DNA of 59,622 nucleotides from Puniceicoccales bacterium (GTDB lineage Bacteria; Verrucomicrobiota; Verrucomicrobiia; Opitutales; JAIRKQ01): NCBI GenBank assembly GCA_031260055.1, contig JAIRKQ010000030.1, positions 1 to 59,622 of the forward strand, read 5' to 3'. Shown piece by piece: positions 40,263 to 50,792 of this stretch (position 1 is its first letter; each line of letters starts with the position of its first letter). The notes under the pieces were generated by a model. It saw only the letters and a program-made list of their open reading frames with translations, ran no database searches and was not told where the DNA came from. The position numbers and the translations under genes were made by a program.

Positions 40263-41231
40263 TTAATGTTTATAGGTGTCGTGGAGGCGCAGTAGGCCGA
40301 CGACTTTGGATTTGCCGGCAATGGCACCATTTGCCATTACGGGGAGAACGGATATCTGAGATGGACCATTCTCCATGATCTGTAGTGCTTCGCCGACATA
40401 GCTGTAAGCATCTACATATTTGGGGGATAGTGTCATTATGTCTTTTGCCGTAATCTTTTGGAAAGATTCATCTTCCTTCAAAGAACGGCGAATGTCACCT
40501 TCCGTTACTAGGCCCGATAAAATATCATCTTGGTCTATTACTAGAGCTGCTCCCAATGGAAACTCCGTCATAGCAATTACAATTTCCCGTAGGGTGCTGC
40601 CGGATTTTATAACGGCACAGGATGGCAAGGGAGACATTACATCTTTTACTTTTAGGAGAAGATTCCTCCCAAGTTGCCCTGCGGGATGAAAAGTTGCAAA
40701 ATCTTGCTTGGAAAAAGATCGACGGGACATTAATTCGGCTGCGATGGCGTCTCCAATGGCTAAACTGACGATAGCACTAGTCGTGGGGACCATTTGTAGA
40801 GGGTCTGCTTCTTTGGCAAAAGAGATATCAATCACAATGTCGGATGATTTGGCAATGGGGGAATTAGCATTTCCAACGATGGAAATGATCTTGGACTCAA
40901 ATTTTTTCAAAACCGGAATTAGGCAGAGTATTTCATCCGTGGCGCCACTTTTTGACAGTAAAAGTGTGGGGTCGCCGGGGGAATAAACGCCCAAATCCCC
41001 ATGGGCACCTTCGGCGGGATGTAGGAATACGGAGGGTTGTCCAATACTGGTAAAGGTGGCAGCTATCTTTTTGGCGATGTGTCCCGATTTCCCCATACCA
41101 CAAACAATGGTTTTCCCCCTATGATTTAGTAAAATTTCGACTGCTTTGCCAAAACTTCCATCCAAGATTTTGGAAGCATATCCTATGGCATCACTTTCCG
41201 CCATTAATAAATCTTTTGCTGCTGGAAACAC
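40263..41231 (-). CDS. kdsD: Arabinose-5-phosphate isomerase (KpsF/GutQ, SIS + CBS)
   Basis: GMGKSGHIA, FLHPAEGAHGDLG, PTTS, FATFHPAG.LG and a CBS pair. Confidence 0.94.
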   Translation of the reverse strand: MFPAAKDLLMAESDAIGYASKILDGSFGKAVEILLNHRGKTIVCGMGKSGHIAKKIAATFTSIGQPSVFLHPAEGAHGDLGVYSPGDPTLLLSKSGATDEILCLIPVLKKFESKIISIVGNANSPIAKSSDIVIDISFAKEADPLQMVPTTSAIVSLAIGDAIAAELMSRRSFSKQDFATFHPAGQLGRNLLLKVKDVMSPLPSCAVIKSGSTLREIVIAMTEFPLGAALVIDQDDILSGLVTEGDIRRSLKEDESFQKITAKDIMTLSPKYVDAYSYVGEALQIMENGPSQISVLPVMANGAIAGKSKVVGLLRLHDTYKH

Positions 41232-41332
41232 TTCAAAAACCCATAAAAAATAATACCTCTAAGGCGAGACAAATATAATAAAAGTGCTCAAAAGATTTGA
41301 CTTTCAATTTGTGGAAAGGTATCTTAGCTAGG

Positions 41333-42766
41333 ATGGTGGTCATCGAGAAGTTTTTTCGTAAATTATGCAGCCGATTTTTGGTGAGTATATCCATGGGGTT
41401 GCTTGCTGGATGTGGTATCACCAATCGTGGAATGCCGAAGAAGAATGATGTCTTTTGGAACCCACCGGTCAAAGAAAATCAGGCGAAACAACGACAATTA
41501 CAAAAGTACTGCAGTAGCACCAAATTTGTCCTAGATTCATCTACTCCGGCATTGGATTTGCCGATGTTGCTCGATATCGCATTTGAAAATAATCCATCCA
41601 CGAAGAAAAGTTGGCAAGCGGCCCGCATAGCGGCAGCACAAAGTGGGAAAGCAACCAGCATCTTTTTCCCAAGAATAACAATATCCGGCGCAGCAGAGAA
41701 ATCAGAGACAAATACTCTCGGGTTGAAAAATTCTGCAACGGCATTTTATCCGGCCATTGAAATGCAATATTCCATCTTCCAATTCGGAGGACATGTAAGA
41801 TATGCGGATGCGGCCAGACAATTGCTCTATGCTGCAAATTATCAACATAATCGAGCTTTGCAAACTTTGGCACATGAAGTTCAGAAGTGTTATTTCGCCC
41901 TGGACTCTGCAGAAGAAACTGTCGAAGCCAGTCAAAGAAATTTGGACGACGCATTTGTAGCATACGATGCCGCTTTTATAAAAAATCAGTCCGGATTGAC
42001 CAACATACAGGATTTTTTACAGGCGAAAGCTAATAGGTCGCGTGCGGAATTTGACCTTGAAAATGCCAAGGCATACGTCGAACTGGCCAGGGCAAATTTG
42101 GCAACTGCAATAGGAGTGCCAGTTTCCGAAGCCATACGAATCGTTCAATCCAATGATGAAAATGACATTAAAGACTTGGATATTAATGTTCAAGACCTAA
42201 TAGCTGGAGCGATACAAACACGACAGGATATGTTAGCCCAATATTCAATTGTCACGGCCAAAAAGGATATCGCGTGGACTAATTCCTCAAAATTGTTGCC
42301 TGAACTGGTTATCGGTGGGGTTGGAAATAGGAAGTGGTTCCGCGGTACAGATGAGTCTTTTAATAGTTTTAATATCTATGCATCCCTGCGATGGACAGTA
42401 TTCGATGGATTTAACAATATATACGATATTATTGAAGCACGGGCTGCCCTGAGAAGTGCTGAACAGGAACTAAAACGAGTGCAACTGTCCATTGCTTCCG
42501 ATGTTTGGGCAAAATATTATGCATTCAAATCCGCCGTAAAACAGCTTAGTGCCGCAAGAAACTGTGAACAATCTGCCCAAGAGTCCTTTGATTCTATGGT
42601 AATCGCATACAAGGAAGGCCTTTCTTCATTTGGGGATCTAATGGCAGCACAAACGCAATTGGCAGTGGCTAGAAAACAGACGGTGGTGTCGAAAAATAAT
42701 TTGTCAGTGGCAGTGGTTGATTTAGCCTATGTCATAGGAATAGTAAATTTTGAGAGTAAAAAATAA
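41333..42766 (+). CDS. TolC family outer membrane efflux lipoprotein
   Basis: Lipobox LLAGC, OEP-like helical repeats, first gene of an MFP-RND operon; ATG 41333 preferred. Confidence 0.9.
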   Translation: MVVIEKFFRKLCSRFLVSISMGLLAGCGITNRGMPKKNDVFWNPPVKENQAKQRQLQKYCSSTKFVLDSSTPALDLPMLLDIAFENNPSTKKSWQAARIAAAQSGKATSIFFPRITISGAAEKSETNTLGLKNSATAFYPAIEMQYSIFQFGGHVRYADAARQLLYAANYQHNRALQTLAHEVQKCYFALDSAEETVEASQRNLDDAFVAYDAAFIKNQSGLTNIQDFLQAKANRSRAEFDLENAKAYVELARANLATAIGVPVSEAIRIVQSNDENDIKDLDINVQDLIAGAIQTRQDMLAQYSIVTAKKDIAWTNSSKLLPELVIGGVGNRKWFRGTDESFNSFNIYASLRWTVFDGFNNIYDIIEARAALRSAEQELKRVQLSIASDVWAKYYAFKSAVKQLSAARNCEQSAQESFDSMVIAYKEGLSSFGDLMAAQTQLAVARKQTVVSKNNLSVAVVDLAYVIGIVNFESKK

Positions 42767-42784
42767 TATACAACAATATAGATA

Positions 42785-43963
42785 ATGAAAGTCTTGAAAA
42801 ATTTTTATGTATTAATCGCATCAATGTTCCTGATATTTGTCGGTGGATGTGGACGGAGAGGACAAGCAGTACGCCCTCCGACGCCGGTGATATCAGCGAA
42901 GGTAACAGTGGCAGATCTCCCTCTTTACATCGAAGCTATTGGAAGCTGTGTAGCATCTGAATCGGTTGCCATTGTTCCCCAGGTCAAGGGTCAAATTGTA
43001 GCCGTAAACTTTAGGCAGGGACAGAGGGTGGAAGTGGGCGATTCTTTGTATGTGATAGATCCTCGCGCATACGAAGCAAATTTGAAAAAGGCGGAAGCTC
43101 AACTGGCCACCGCCGAAGCAAAGATGAAGATCGATGTTGCACAGTTGGAACGTTCAAAGGCGTTAGTCCCGCAAAATTATATTTCCCAACAGCAATACGA
43201 AACATATGAGACACAGGTGCAACAGGATATCGCCAGTGTTGATGCGGCAAATGCACAAGTTATGCAGGCAAAGATCGACATAGAACATTGCAACATAGTG
43301 TCTCCCACAAACGGCATTGCCGGGATATACCTGGTGGATGTTGGAAATGTCGTCGATGCGATGTCTGTCAACAAGCCACTGGTAACCATAGAGAATGTTG
43401 ATCAATTGTATGTTGAATTTAGCATATCCGAAAATGATTTCTATGATTTACAAAAGTTTTTCAATCTCGAAGAAGGAAGATTAAAAATGGAAGTTTCTCC
43501 AATTTCGAATGATGGAGTCAAGGGAGAAGCATACGTTGACTTTATCAATAATTCCATAGACAGAAAAACGGGCTCCTTAAAACTAAGGGCGTTGATGGAA
43601 AATACAGAACATAAGTTTTGGCCGGGTCAATCCGTGTGTACTAAACTTTTGCTAACGGTAGCAAAAGATGCGGTTTTAGTCCCAGCCGAAGCCGTAAAAC
43701 TTGGACAACAGGGCAGGTATGTTTTCGTAATCAAAGAAGATAAGTCGGTTGAGTTTCGACTGGTGGAAATTGGACAGATACACGGTGATATGCTGGTGAT
43801 CAAAAATGGGGTCAATGAGGGAGAAACCATAGTCAGGAGAGGACAATTGATGTTGGCTCCCGGAATGAAAGTCATAGAAATGCCTGATACACAGCCCAAC
43901 TCTTTTGGAGAAAATTTAGAAAAAAATAGGAAAATTGCGGAGAAAAACCCAACGACCAAGTAA
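42785..43963 (+). CDS. RND efflux periplasmic adaptor subunit (MdtA-like)
   Basis: VPQVKGQI, IDPRAY, IVSP..GIAG, TGSLKLRA and WPGQ. Confidence 0.93.
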   Translation: MKVLKNFYVLIASMFLIFVGGCGRRGQAVRPPTPVISAKVTVADLPLYIEAIGSCVASESVAIVPQVKGQIVAVNFRQGQRVEVGDSLYVIDPRAYEANLKKAEAQLATAEAKMKIDVAQLERSKALVPQNYISQQQYETYETQVQQDIASVDAANAQVMQAKIDIEHCNIVSPTNGIAGIYLVDVGNVVDAMSVNKPLVTIENVDQLYVEFSISENDFYDLQKFFNLEEGRLKMEVSPISNDGVKGEAYVDFINNSIDRKTGSLKLRALMENTEHKFWPGQSVCTKLLLTVAKDAVLVPAEAVKLGQQGRYVFVIKEDKSVEFRLVEIGQIHGDMLVIKNGVNEGETIVRRGQLMLAPGMKVIEMPDTQPNSFGENLEKNRKIAEKNPTTK

Positions 43964-43965
43964 AT

Positions 43966-46900
43966 ATGGAAAGTATATCTGAACCTTTTATTAGACGTCC
44001 AGTTTTGACGGTTTTGTTGACTTTAATGCTGACAATTGCTGGCATATTTTCCTATCGGGCAATGCCGGTTAGTGATTTACCTGCCGTAGATTACCCAGTC
44101 ATACAGGTACGGGCCATGTTTCCAGGTATGGATCCCGCAACGATGGCGGCAAACGTTGCATCCCCCCTGGAGAAAGAATTCATGAAGATTCAAGGACTCG
44201 AAATGGTCACATCTTCAAGTTCCCAGGGTGGCACAAGGATTGTTTTACAATTTTCGCTAGACAAAAGTATTGATGGAGCAGCTATCGATGTACAATCTGC
44301 CATTTCCAGGGCAACTGGTCTTCTTCCGAGGGACATGCCAACTCCCCCAGTGTTTGAAAAAACAGATCCCAACAGCCAACCAATTTATTATCTGGTGTTG
44401 ACGAGCGATACGATGACTAAAGGAGATCTTTACGATTACGCATCAGATCAAGTTGCCCAGCGCATAAAAGTCATTAAAGGGGTGTCGGATGTTACCGTCT
44501 ATGGCATACAAAGGGCAGTAAAAATATTGGTAAACAATGAAAAACTCTACAATCGCGGAATAACCATCGATGATGTTATAAAAGCTGTCCAAGCGGGAAC
44601 GGTTTCCCTGTCTACCGGCCAACTAAAAGATGCGACCAAGACCCTCGTGATAAAGCCAAATGGCCAATTGGAAAATGCAAGCGACTACTTAAATCTAATT
44701 GTGGCGTATAGAAACGATGCTCCGATTTATTTGAAAGACATTGCAGAATGCATCGATAAGTTGGAAACCGATGACTTTTCCGTCAGTTTCTGGCAATCTG
44801 GCCGTGAAGGAAGTTACAACTCATCCGTAGTCCTTGCAATTTCGCGTGCAGCGGGAGCCAATGCCATAGAATTGGCGAAAAAAATCAACGAGCTGCTACC
44901 AATTTTTAAGGAGCAAATCCCTGGTTCTATCAATTTGATAAAAATGTATGACAGATCCAAATCTATAATAGAGTCCATAAGAGATGTAAAGCAGACATTG
45001 ATAATAGCATTTGTTTTGGTCATTGGTGTAATTTTTCTATTTCTTGGTCGGTTTACGGAAACGATTATACCAATTGTAGCACTACCTCTGTCCCTATTGA
45101 TTACATTCATCGTCATGCGGATGTTAAATTACTCCATCGATAATCTATCCCTCATGGCTCTAACCCTTGCCATTGGTTTCCTCGTAGATGATGCCATCGT
45201 ATTTTTGGAAAACATGATACGAAGGATGGAAGATTTTGGAGAAAGTCCATTAAAGGCATCCATTGAAGGAGCAAAGGAGATTAGTTTTTCGATTCTGTCG
45301 ATGACCCTATCTCTTGCGGCTGTTTTTATTCCTCTCGTTTTCATGTCCGGACAAATTGGTCGGATATTTAGAGAATTTTCCATAACCATTGTAGTGGCCA
45401 TTTTGGCATCCGGTGTGGTTTCATTGACATTGACACCGATGATGTGTGCCCGAATGTTGAAGCCCATAAAAAAGGAAAATAAAACAAAGCTAGAAATAGC
45501 ATCCCATAACCTGGAACATAGATTTTTGAAAGTTTATAGCAAGGCCCTTGACTGGTGCATTGCCCATAAAAAATTGTCAGTCATAATTTGGGTAGTAAGT
45601 TTGTTGGGAACGTTCTTGACTTTTAAGGCTTTGCCGAAGACATTTTTACCAGAGGGCGATAGTGGTAATATGATGGGTGTATTTATTGCCCAAGAAGGAA
45701 CGTCTCCTGCCCAAATGAAAGGCTATCAAACGCAAATTAGTAACATTTTAAGAAAAAATCCCTACGTGGATAAAACAATGTCAGTGGCAGGTTTATCGGG
45801 GATGTTGCCTGGTAATCAGGGGTTGGCGGTTTGCGTGTTAAAGGATGGGAAACGTCCCAAAATTCAAACCGTATCGCAGATGTTAATGCGTGATTTGTAT
45901 GCTGTTCCAGGTGTGTTGGCATTTGTTCGTCCGATGCCGACCCTATCAGTGAATACCGGTGCCGTAAGCACCAACCAAGGTAAATATGTCTATATCCTAT
46001 CGGGAATGGACACGGATACTCTATATAAATGTGCGGGAGAGCTCGTGGGGGCAATGAGGCAAAATCCAGACTTTATCAGCATATCAACGGACATGTTGAT
46101 CAATAGCCCCCAGGTTTCCATAGACTATTTACGGTCCCAGGCAGCACGCTATGGCGTAAATGTGTATTCCATTGAAAACATGCTGAAGCAGGCCTACTCT
46201 GGAAACTATTGCTATCAAATTAAAACACAGACCCGCCAATATAAGGTTATCGTTGAGAGCGATGATATTTTTCGTCAAAATGTTGACAATTTAAATTCCC
46301 TATATTTCCGAAGTGATAGTGGAGAGCTTTTGCCATTTAAAACCGTCGCAACGACGAAGGAAACGTTGGGCCCAACCCAAGTAAATCACACGAAAAATCT
46401 TCCATCGGTTTCCATATTTTTTAATCTGCACCCTAAGTATCCCATAGGGAAAGCCACAGAGTTTGTAACGCAAGCAGCTTCTAAAATTATTCCGAAACAT
46501 ATCATCGGGTCTTTCGAAGGAGAAGCTAAAACATTTAAGGAAGTATCTTCGAGCGTAGTAGTGCTACTGATTCTTGCGATATTTGTGATGTACATAATTT
46601 TAGGGATCATGTATGAGAGCTATATTCATCCATTGACCGTGCTGTCAGCATTGCCGGTAGCGATGGTTGGAGGGCTCCTGACGTTGATAGTCTTCCGCAT
46701 GGAACTGTCGCTGTACGGGATTATAGGTCTATTCATGTTATTGGGCATAGTTAAGAAGAATGGAATTCTCATGATTGATTTTGCCATTGCTCGCCAGAAG
46801 GAAGGCATGAGCAAAGAAAAAGCTGTTCATACGGCCTGTCTGGAGAGGTTTCGCCCTATCATAATGACAACGTTGGCTGCTTTGATGGGCCAAATACCGT

Positions 46901-47094
46901 TGGCCGTGGGGTGGGGAGCCGATGGAGCTTCTCGGCGGCCCCTTGGTTTATGTGTAATTGGAGGTTTGATAATTTCACAAATAATAACGCTGTTCATCCT
47001 TCCTGTAATTTACTTATACTTCGAAGATTTTCAGGAAAAAGTTTTGGACAAAATTCCATTTTTTGCTAGAGACCTAAAGGAAGATGCTTCCTAG
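43966..47094 (+). CDS. RND efflux permease (AcrB/MdtB/MdtC family)
   Basis: RRPV, LVDDAIV.LEN, SLTLTPMMC, GIVKKNGILMIDFA and RFRPIIMTT. Confidence 0.97.
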   Translation: MESISEPFIRRPVLTVLLTLMLTIAGIFSYRAMPVSDLPAVDYPVIQVRAMFPGMDPATMAANVASPLEKEFMKIQGLEMVTSSSSQGGTRIVLQFSLDKSIDGAAIDVQSAISRATGLLPRDMPTPPVFEKTDPNSQPIYYLVLTSDTMTKGDLYDYASDQVAQRIKVIKGVSDVTVYGIQRAVKILVNNEKLYNRGITIDDVIKAVQAGTVSLSTGQLKDATKTLVIKPNGQLENASDYLNLIVAYRNDAPIYLKDIAECIDKLETDDFSVSFWQSGREGSYNSSVVLAISRAAGANAIELAKKINELLPIFKEQIPGSINLIKMYDRSKSIIESIRDVKQTLIIAFVLVIGVIFLFLGRFTETIIPIVALPLSLLITFIVMRMLNYSIDNLSLMALTLAIGFLVDDAIVFLENMIRRMEDFGESPLKASIEGAKEISFSILSMTLSLAAVFIPLVFMSGQIGRIFREFSITIVVAILASGVVSLTLTPMMCARMLKPIKKENKTKLEIASHNLEHRFLKVYSKALDWCIAHKKLSVIIWVVSLLGTFLTFKALPKTFLPEGDSGNMMGVFIAQEGTSPAQMKGYQTQISNILRKNPYVDKTMSVAGLSGMLPGNQGLAVCVLKDGKRPKIQTVSQMLMRDLYAVPGVLAFVRPMPTLSVNTGAVSTNQGKYVYILSGMDTDTLYKCAGELVGAMRQNPDFISISTDMLINSPQVSIDYLRSQAARYGVNVYSIENMLKQAYSGNYCYQIKTQTRQYKVIVESDDIFRQNVDNLNSLYFRSDSGELLPFKTVATTKETLGPTQVNHTKNLPSVSIFFNLHPKYPIGKATEFVTQAASKIIPKHIIGSFEGEAKTFKEVSSSVVVLLILAIFVMYIILGIMYESYIHPLTVLSALPVAMVGGLLTLIVFRMELSLYGIIGLFMLLGIVKKNGILMIDFAIARQKEGMSKEKAVHTACLERFRPIIMTTLAALMGQIPLAVGWGADGASRRPLGLCVIGGLIISQIITLFILPVIYLYFEDFQEKVLDKIPFFARDLKEDAS

Positions 47095-48319
47095 TCTGTT
47101 GATAGTTGATGATGAAAAAAATACCCGTGATGCGCTGGGGCAGCTGTTCGATGGTGAATATGAAGTTTTCTTTGCAACGAATTTCAATGAAGCTGTCAAC
47201 CTGATGAAGAATGAAAAATTTGACATTATTTTGACAGATTTACGTATGGCGGGAAAAAACGGTATGTTTGTCATCGATGAGGCTTTACGTAGGCCATATA
47301 ATCCCATATGCATAATGATGTCAGCCTATGGATCGGTGGAAACGGCGGTAGAGGCAATTAAGCACGGGGCCTATGACTTTGTCACCAAACCACTGAATTT
47401 TGAAAAATTGGAAATGCTAATGCGGCGTGCACTCGTAAACAGAAACAATCAGCACAGTAAAAAAGGCGTTACCAGTGACATTTCACAAACCAAGAAGAAT
47501 GTTTCTTCGGGCAGTTTATTTTCGCTGGACATGATAGTGGGGAAATCCAAAGCAGTTACAGATCTTTTAGGAAAAATAAAAAAGGTTGCCCAGTCGAAGG
47601 CAACAGTCCTCCTGGAAGGAGAAACGGGAACGGGTAAAGAGTTATTTGCGAATGTTGTCCACTATTTTAGCAAGCGCGTTTCCAAACCCTTTACGGCCAT
47701 ACATTGCGCCAGCCTGCAAAAAAATTTGCTAGAAAGTGAGCTGTTCGGACACGAGAAAGGCGCCTTTACCGGTGCAGATAGTAAGCGCATTGGGCTATTT
47801 GAATCGAGCAATGGGGGGACGATTTTTTTCGATGAAATTGGAGAAATTGATATCCAAACCCAAATAAAACTGTTACGTTTTTTGGAGACAAAAACTTTTA
47901 ATAGAGTGGGTAGTTCCGAAAATATTTCCGTCGACGTTCGCATCGTTTGCGCAACCAATCGAAATCTCCAAAAGCTCGTTGACCAGGGACTATTCCGTGA
48001 AGATTTACTCTATCGCCTGAACGTTGTTACCATAGAACTGCCTCCTTTGCACAGGAGGGTGGAAGATATTCCATTGCTCCTTGATCACTATATTAAAATT
48101 TTCGCCCAGTCGAACGATCTCCATGGGGTCGACATTTCCCCTGAAGTGATGAAAATACTGACGACATATAAATGGCCAGGAAACATACGGGAATTGCGAA
48201 ATTTTTGTGAAAGTGCTGTAATTTTTTACTCTGGCCAGGTTTTGCAAGTTGAAAATATGGACAAAAAATTCCTATGTGAAAGCCTCCAAACGGGGGATCC
48301 AAACACAGAGTTACCTTAG
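47084..48319 (+). CDS. Sigma54-dependent response regulator (NtrC/AtoC/CtcC-like) lacking a C-terminal HTH
   Basis: REC domain (IVDDE, LTDLRM, TKP) and AAA+ domain (GETGTGKE, GHEKGAFTGA, FREDLLYRLNV, WPGNIRELRN); ends at 411 aa. Confidence 0.95.
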   Translation: MLPSLLIVDDEKNTRDALGQLFDGEYEVFFATNFNEAVNLMKNEKFDIILTDLRMAGKNGMFVIDEALRRPYNPICIMMSAYGSVETAVEAIKHGAYDFVTKPLNFEKLEMLMRRALVNRNNQHSKKGVTSDISQTKKNVSSGSLFSLDMIVGKSKAVTDLLGKIKKVAQSKATVLLEGETGTGKELFANVVHYFSKRVSKPFTAIHCASLQKNLLESELFGHEKGAFTGADSKRIGLFESSNGGTIFFDEIGEIDIQTQIKLLRFLETKTFNRVGSSENISVDVRIVCATNRNLQKLVDQGLFREDLLYRLNVVTIELPPLHRRVEDIPLLLDHYIKIFAQSNDLHGVDISPEVMKILTTYKWPGNIRELRNFCESAVIFYSGQVLQVENMDKKFLCESLQTGDPNTELP

Positions 48320-48329
48320 TTTAAGGTTA

Positions 48330-49910
48330 TTATACGGCTTCATAGATTGATGTTAAAATGTCAACGAAAGGGTTTCTTTTTATCCCATCACTATTGGCGG
48401 CCATATGTTCCAACAGTTTAAAAATCAACACTTTCTGATTTTTCAATTTTATCCCATCCGCAATGGCATCGATGGTTAGCTTTTTCCCCTTGTTTTTTGC
48501 CAAAAAAGATCCTATGGATTGTTGAACCCGCAAAATCTCTGCTGCTGCTTTCTTCCCAGCTTCCACACCCGGTTGGTGATATGCATTTACATTTACCATG
48601 CTAGCGTAGAACCCGACAGCACGTTCGTACAAAGCAATCAACGCTCCAAGTTCATATTCCGAAAATTTGTCGATGGAAATTTGAATTACTCCGATACCGT
48701 TTTCGTATAATGCTTTGGCTGTCCCCAGAGCAAATCCATTCAAATAATCGCCACTCGTCATGCCATTAGGCTCAACGGCTGGCGAAGTACCATTTCTGGA
48801 TTTTAGTACAGAAATAATCGTTATAAAGAAATTTTGTAGGCCATCGCGTAGCTGTTGTATGAACGAATGTTGGTCCGTGGATCCCTTGTTCCCGTATACG
48901 GTTAGTCCCTGATGAACGACATTCCCATCGCGATCCTTTTCTTTACCAAGAGACTCCATTATCAGTTGTTGTAAATATTTGGCAAAATTTGATAGCCTGT
49001 CCTTGTAAGGTATCACAACCATATCTTTTTTTCCCACTCCATCCGTTGCACAATACCACCCGAGAGCCATCATCATCGCTGGATTTTTGAAAGAAGCAAC
49101 CCGGGTTATACTATCCATGTCGCGGGCACCGGAAAGGAAGGATTTTATGGAAATCCCTTGCAAAGCTGCCGGTAACAACCCTACGGCAGAAAATACACTC
49201 GTTCGGCCTCCTACCCATTCCCACATCGGAAATCGTCCTATCCACCCTTCGGAACGGGCCTGTTTGTCTAGAAGGCTGGCCTGACCCGTTATGGCCACAG
49301 CGTGTCTCGAGAATGTATGTCCGTTCTTCTCATAGGCAGCCATCACTTCGACCATTGCGTTGCGAGGTTCGGGGGTATTACCGGATTTCGATGTGACAAC
49401 CACCAGCGTTCGCCCAAGTTTCCCCTCTAATTTTTTAAGGGTTAAATCAATGCCATCGGGATCCGTATTATCTATGAAGTAGCAGTTGATTTTATTGTCT
49501 CCATCAAAGCTACCACATATCAATTGGGGACCCAAAGCCGATCCACCTATGCCTATGTATAAAGCACTTTCAAACTTACCATCTTGGCCAGCGAGATGCC
49601 CTAGGTGGATCTGTTCCGCGAATTTTAATATTTTTTCAATGCCATCGCCAATGTTTCCTTGAATTTCCGGAGAAGGAGCAATATTTGGGTTTCGCAACCA
49701 ATAATGACCAACCATTCTGTTTTCATCTCGATTTGCTACAGTCCCAGCTTCCAGTGCTACCATCTCTCGATGAGCAACGGCAATTTTTTCTGCCATTCCA
49801 TTGAAAAACTTTTCCGAAAAACCAATTTTGCTAAAATCAATTGTCATCCCCAGTTCATCATTGTGGAACAAATATTTTTTGAATTCACTCCAGTCCTCCA
49901 TGAAGGACAA
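48330..49910 (-). CDS. pgi: Glucose-6-phosphate isomerase
   Basis: GIGGSALG, SKSG.T.E, VGGRTS, QQLIMESLGK and HQPGVEAGK. Confidence 0.97.
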   Translation of the reverse strand: MSFMEDWSEFKKYLFHNDELGMTIDFSKIGFSEKFFNGMAEKIAVAHREMVALEAGTVANRDENRMVGHYWLRNPNIAPSPEIQGNIGDGIEKILKFAEQIHLGHLAGQDGKFESALYIGIGGSALGPQLICGSFDGDNKINCYFIDNTDPDGIDLTLKKLEGKLGRTLVVVTSKSGNTPEPRNAMVEVMAAYEKNGHTFSRHAVAITGQASLLDKQARSEGWIGRFPMWEWVGGRTSVFSAVGLLPAALQGISIKSFLSGARDMDSITRVASFKNPAMMMALGWYCATDGVGKKDMVVIPYKDRLSNFAKYLQQLIMESLGKEKDRDGNVVHQGLTVYGNKGSTDQHSFIQQLRDGLQNFFITIISVLKSRNGTSPAVEPNGMTSGDYLNGFALGTAKALYENGIGVIQISIDKFSEYELGALIALYERAVGFYASMVNVNAYHQPGVEAGKKAAAEILRVQQSIGSFLAKNKGKKLTIDAIADGIKLKNQKVLIFKLLEHMAANSDGIKRNPFVDILTSIYEAV

Positions 49911-49949
49911 TAACTAATGAAAACAGGCATCCTTAGCAATAAAATAGGA

Positions 49950-50792
49950 TCAATAAATAAAATATTTTAGATATAATACTCCGAGAGGGATTGAAAACAA
50001 TAGACTATCCGTTAGGTCAAAGATTCCACCTATGCCTGGGAATATAGCTCCCGAATCTTTTTCATTGGCGAGACGTTTTACCACCGATTCGACCAAGTCT
50101 CCAACCAATGAAAATATGGCCAAAAGTGTGGATAAAACGATGGCTTGTCCAATTCCCAGCCCACGCGGTAACCATTGGCGACAAAAAAATAAAAGAATTA
50201 TCCCGATGCAATTGGAAAATAAAATACCTCCAACTAGCCCTTCGATGGTTTTTTTAGGACTAAAATTTACGGCTAGTTTATGTTTGCCGAAATATTTTCC
50301 CACGAACATACCACCAATGTCGCAACATTTTGAGACCAAAATCATCCAAAATAAAATGCCGATGTAGTGGTTGCCGCCTAGGCCACGGCGTGACATTTCA
50401 TGGTATAATGCAATGGGGAAGCAACACATGAATGGGACAATTATGCCGATAATCGTAGACATTATGCACTTTTTGGACGTTTCGAGGGAATGGGAAAGTA
50501 AGGCTTGGATCACCACTATGGTTATTGACAGGTACAATAATTCCGCAAAGGATGGTATTGTTAGGGTTGGCTTATCGACATAAAAACTTCCAAACATTAG
50601 CAAGGCACCGCAAAATATTCCGGTGGCAATTAGAGGCCTTTGCCCTACCTTCCGTAGCAATTTATAAAACTCCCACTGGGTCAATAGTCCAGCGAGGAAA
50701 ATTAATCCCACACATCCCACTGTTCCGAATAAATAGACCGTCAGGGACACAATGACCAAAATCAGGATACTGCTAATCGTTCGGTTTATCAT
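49950..50792 (-). CDS. cdsA: Phosphatidate cytidylyltransferase
   Basis: SPKKTIEG and ESVVKR..EKDSG..FPG.GG..D..DS; multi-TM; downstream of uppS. Confidence 0.95.
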   Translation of the reverse strand: MINRTISSILILVIVSLTVYLFGTVGCVGLIFLAGLLTQWEFYKLLRKVGQRPLIATGIFCGALLMFGSFYVDKPTLTIPSFAELLYLSITIVVIQALLSHSLETSKKCIMSTIIGIIVPFMCCFPIALYHEMSRRGLGGNHYIGILFWMILVSKCCDIGGMFVGKYFGKHKLAVNFSPKKTIEGLVGGILFSNCIGIILLFFCRQWLPRGLGIGQAIVLSTLLAIFSLVGDLVESVVKRLANEKDSGAIFPGIGGIFDLTDSLLFSIPLGVLYLKYFIY

